This document shows, one piece after another, positions 62,688 to 64,000 of a DNA stretch of 64,000 nt. A program made the translations under genes and the position numbers. The notes below the pieces were generated by a model. That model was not told the origin of the DNA, searched no databases, and was given only the letters and a program-made list of their open reading frames with translations. Source of the DNA: Octopus vulgaris (Eukaryota); contig OX597837.1 of NCBI GenBank assembly GCA_951406725.2, positions 26,102,001 to 26,166,000 of the forward strand, read 5' to 3'. Every line of letters begins with the position of its first letter. Position 1 is the first letter of the stretch.

Positions 62688-63880
62688 GCCCTGATGTAGT
62701 ACCTGGCACTGTCACTCATGACTTCTGATCTTAACTGATTAGAACTCTTAACACCTTTACTTGTTTCAGTCATTTGATTGTGGCCATGTTGGGGTACCGG
62801 CTTTAGTTGAACAAATTGACCCCAGGACTTATTTTTTGTAAGTCTAGTACTTATTCTATTGGTCTCTTTTACCGAACCGCTAAGTTACGGGGATGTAAAT
62901 ACACCAGCATCAGTTGTCAAGCGATGTTGGGGTAACAAATACAGACACACACACACATATATATATATATGATGGGCTTCCTTTTGTTTCCATCTACCAA
63001 ATCCACTCACAAGGCTTTGGTCAGCCCGAGGCTATAGTAGAAGACACTTGCCCAAGGTGCCATGCAGTAGGAATGAACCTGGAACCATGTGGTTGGTAAG
63101 CAAACTACTTACCACACAGCCACTCCTGCGCCTATAAGTGTAATCATCTACATGTTTTGGCTTGGTATAAAAGATAGTCTAGAGCAAATATTCTGCTCAA
63201 AACCACAGATTTGCTTGTCATTTGCTTGACCATAACCAGATGAGCATATTCTGTAGTGGTTGAAGATATGTGCATCACTGATCACAAGCAAGAGTAGTGT
63301 AGTGAGCATCATAGCCACGTGCTGAGAAGGATTCTTTGGGGTTTGAATAATTCACCTCCAGCAACATGGGTGTCTTGTTCAACATCCTTACACAACCCTC
63401 CTTATTCAGGGACCTTTTGAGCAGAATTGGCTACTCAAGCTGAAGAAAATTCTAACTGGACCCCCACCTGCAAGGTCACGTGCTGTTTATCTTGATATGA
63501 GGTCACCATGTCATGCACATATGCCTGTGGTGCATGTGTCTGGTGTACTCTTATCAGATGGATAGCCAGGCGAGCTGGCAGAAATGTTAGCACACCGGGC
63601 GAAATGTTTAGCATTATTTCATCTGTTGCTATGTTCTGAGTTCAAATTCCGCCAAGGTCGACTTTGCCTTTCATCCTTTCTGGGTCGATAAATTAAGTAC
63701 CAGTTACGCACTGGGATTGATATAATCGACTTAATCCGTTTGTCTGTCCTTGTTTGTTCCCTCTGTATGTAGCCCCTTGTGGGTAGTAAAGAAATAAGAT
63801 GGATAGCCAGGATGATATATATTGGGTGATATACTTTTGTACCCCAGTGTCACTTTGATGGCATGTGCTACTCTTTTACT
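62688..63880 (+). mobile_element. Family F, older copy interrupted by SINE A (62752-63133, minus) and SINE B (63570-63796, plus)
   Basis: Colinear with 62090-62644. The SINE B has a 15-bp TSD agatggatagccagg. Confidence 0.8.
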
Positions 63881-64000
63881 TAATAATAATCCTTACTACT
63901 GTAGATACAAGACCAGAAATTTTGGGGGAGGGGGTTGTCAATTACACCGACCCCCAATACTCAACTGGTACTTATTTTATCAACTAATATCTGACTGAAT

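Overview
AT-rich eukaryotic, repeat-saturated, apparently intronic or intergenic DNA. The SINE families and microsatellite load look like a coleoid cephalopod, most likely Octopus (recognition from memory, not a database result). No convincing host protein-coding gene is visible: the ORF track is dominated by microsatellite translations, and only two weak internal-exon candidates were found. The window contains: (i) tRNA-headed SINE families, labelled here A, B/B2, C1-C3 and E; (ii) decayed LINE 3' ends (RTE, CR1/L2 and three R4/Dong-type copies next to (AAT)n); (iii) a mariner transposase relic; (iv) non-autonomous DNA transposons (Tc2/pogo-, piggyBac-, hAT/Charlie- and Merlin-like) and Helitrons; (v) tandem arrays born inside mobile elements. 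The most notable item is 30123-30500, where a Pol III tRNA-like head is fused to a Penelope-type minimal hammerhead ribozyme module present in two inverted copies. Also notable are a head-less ~555-bp element found only in (AAT)n tracts (family F, a putative Dong/R4 parasite), SINE-B multimers with GGTAT junction microhomology, and tail swapping among SINE-C variants. Coordinates were counted by eye and may be off by a few bases.
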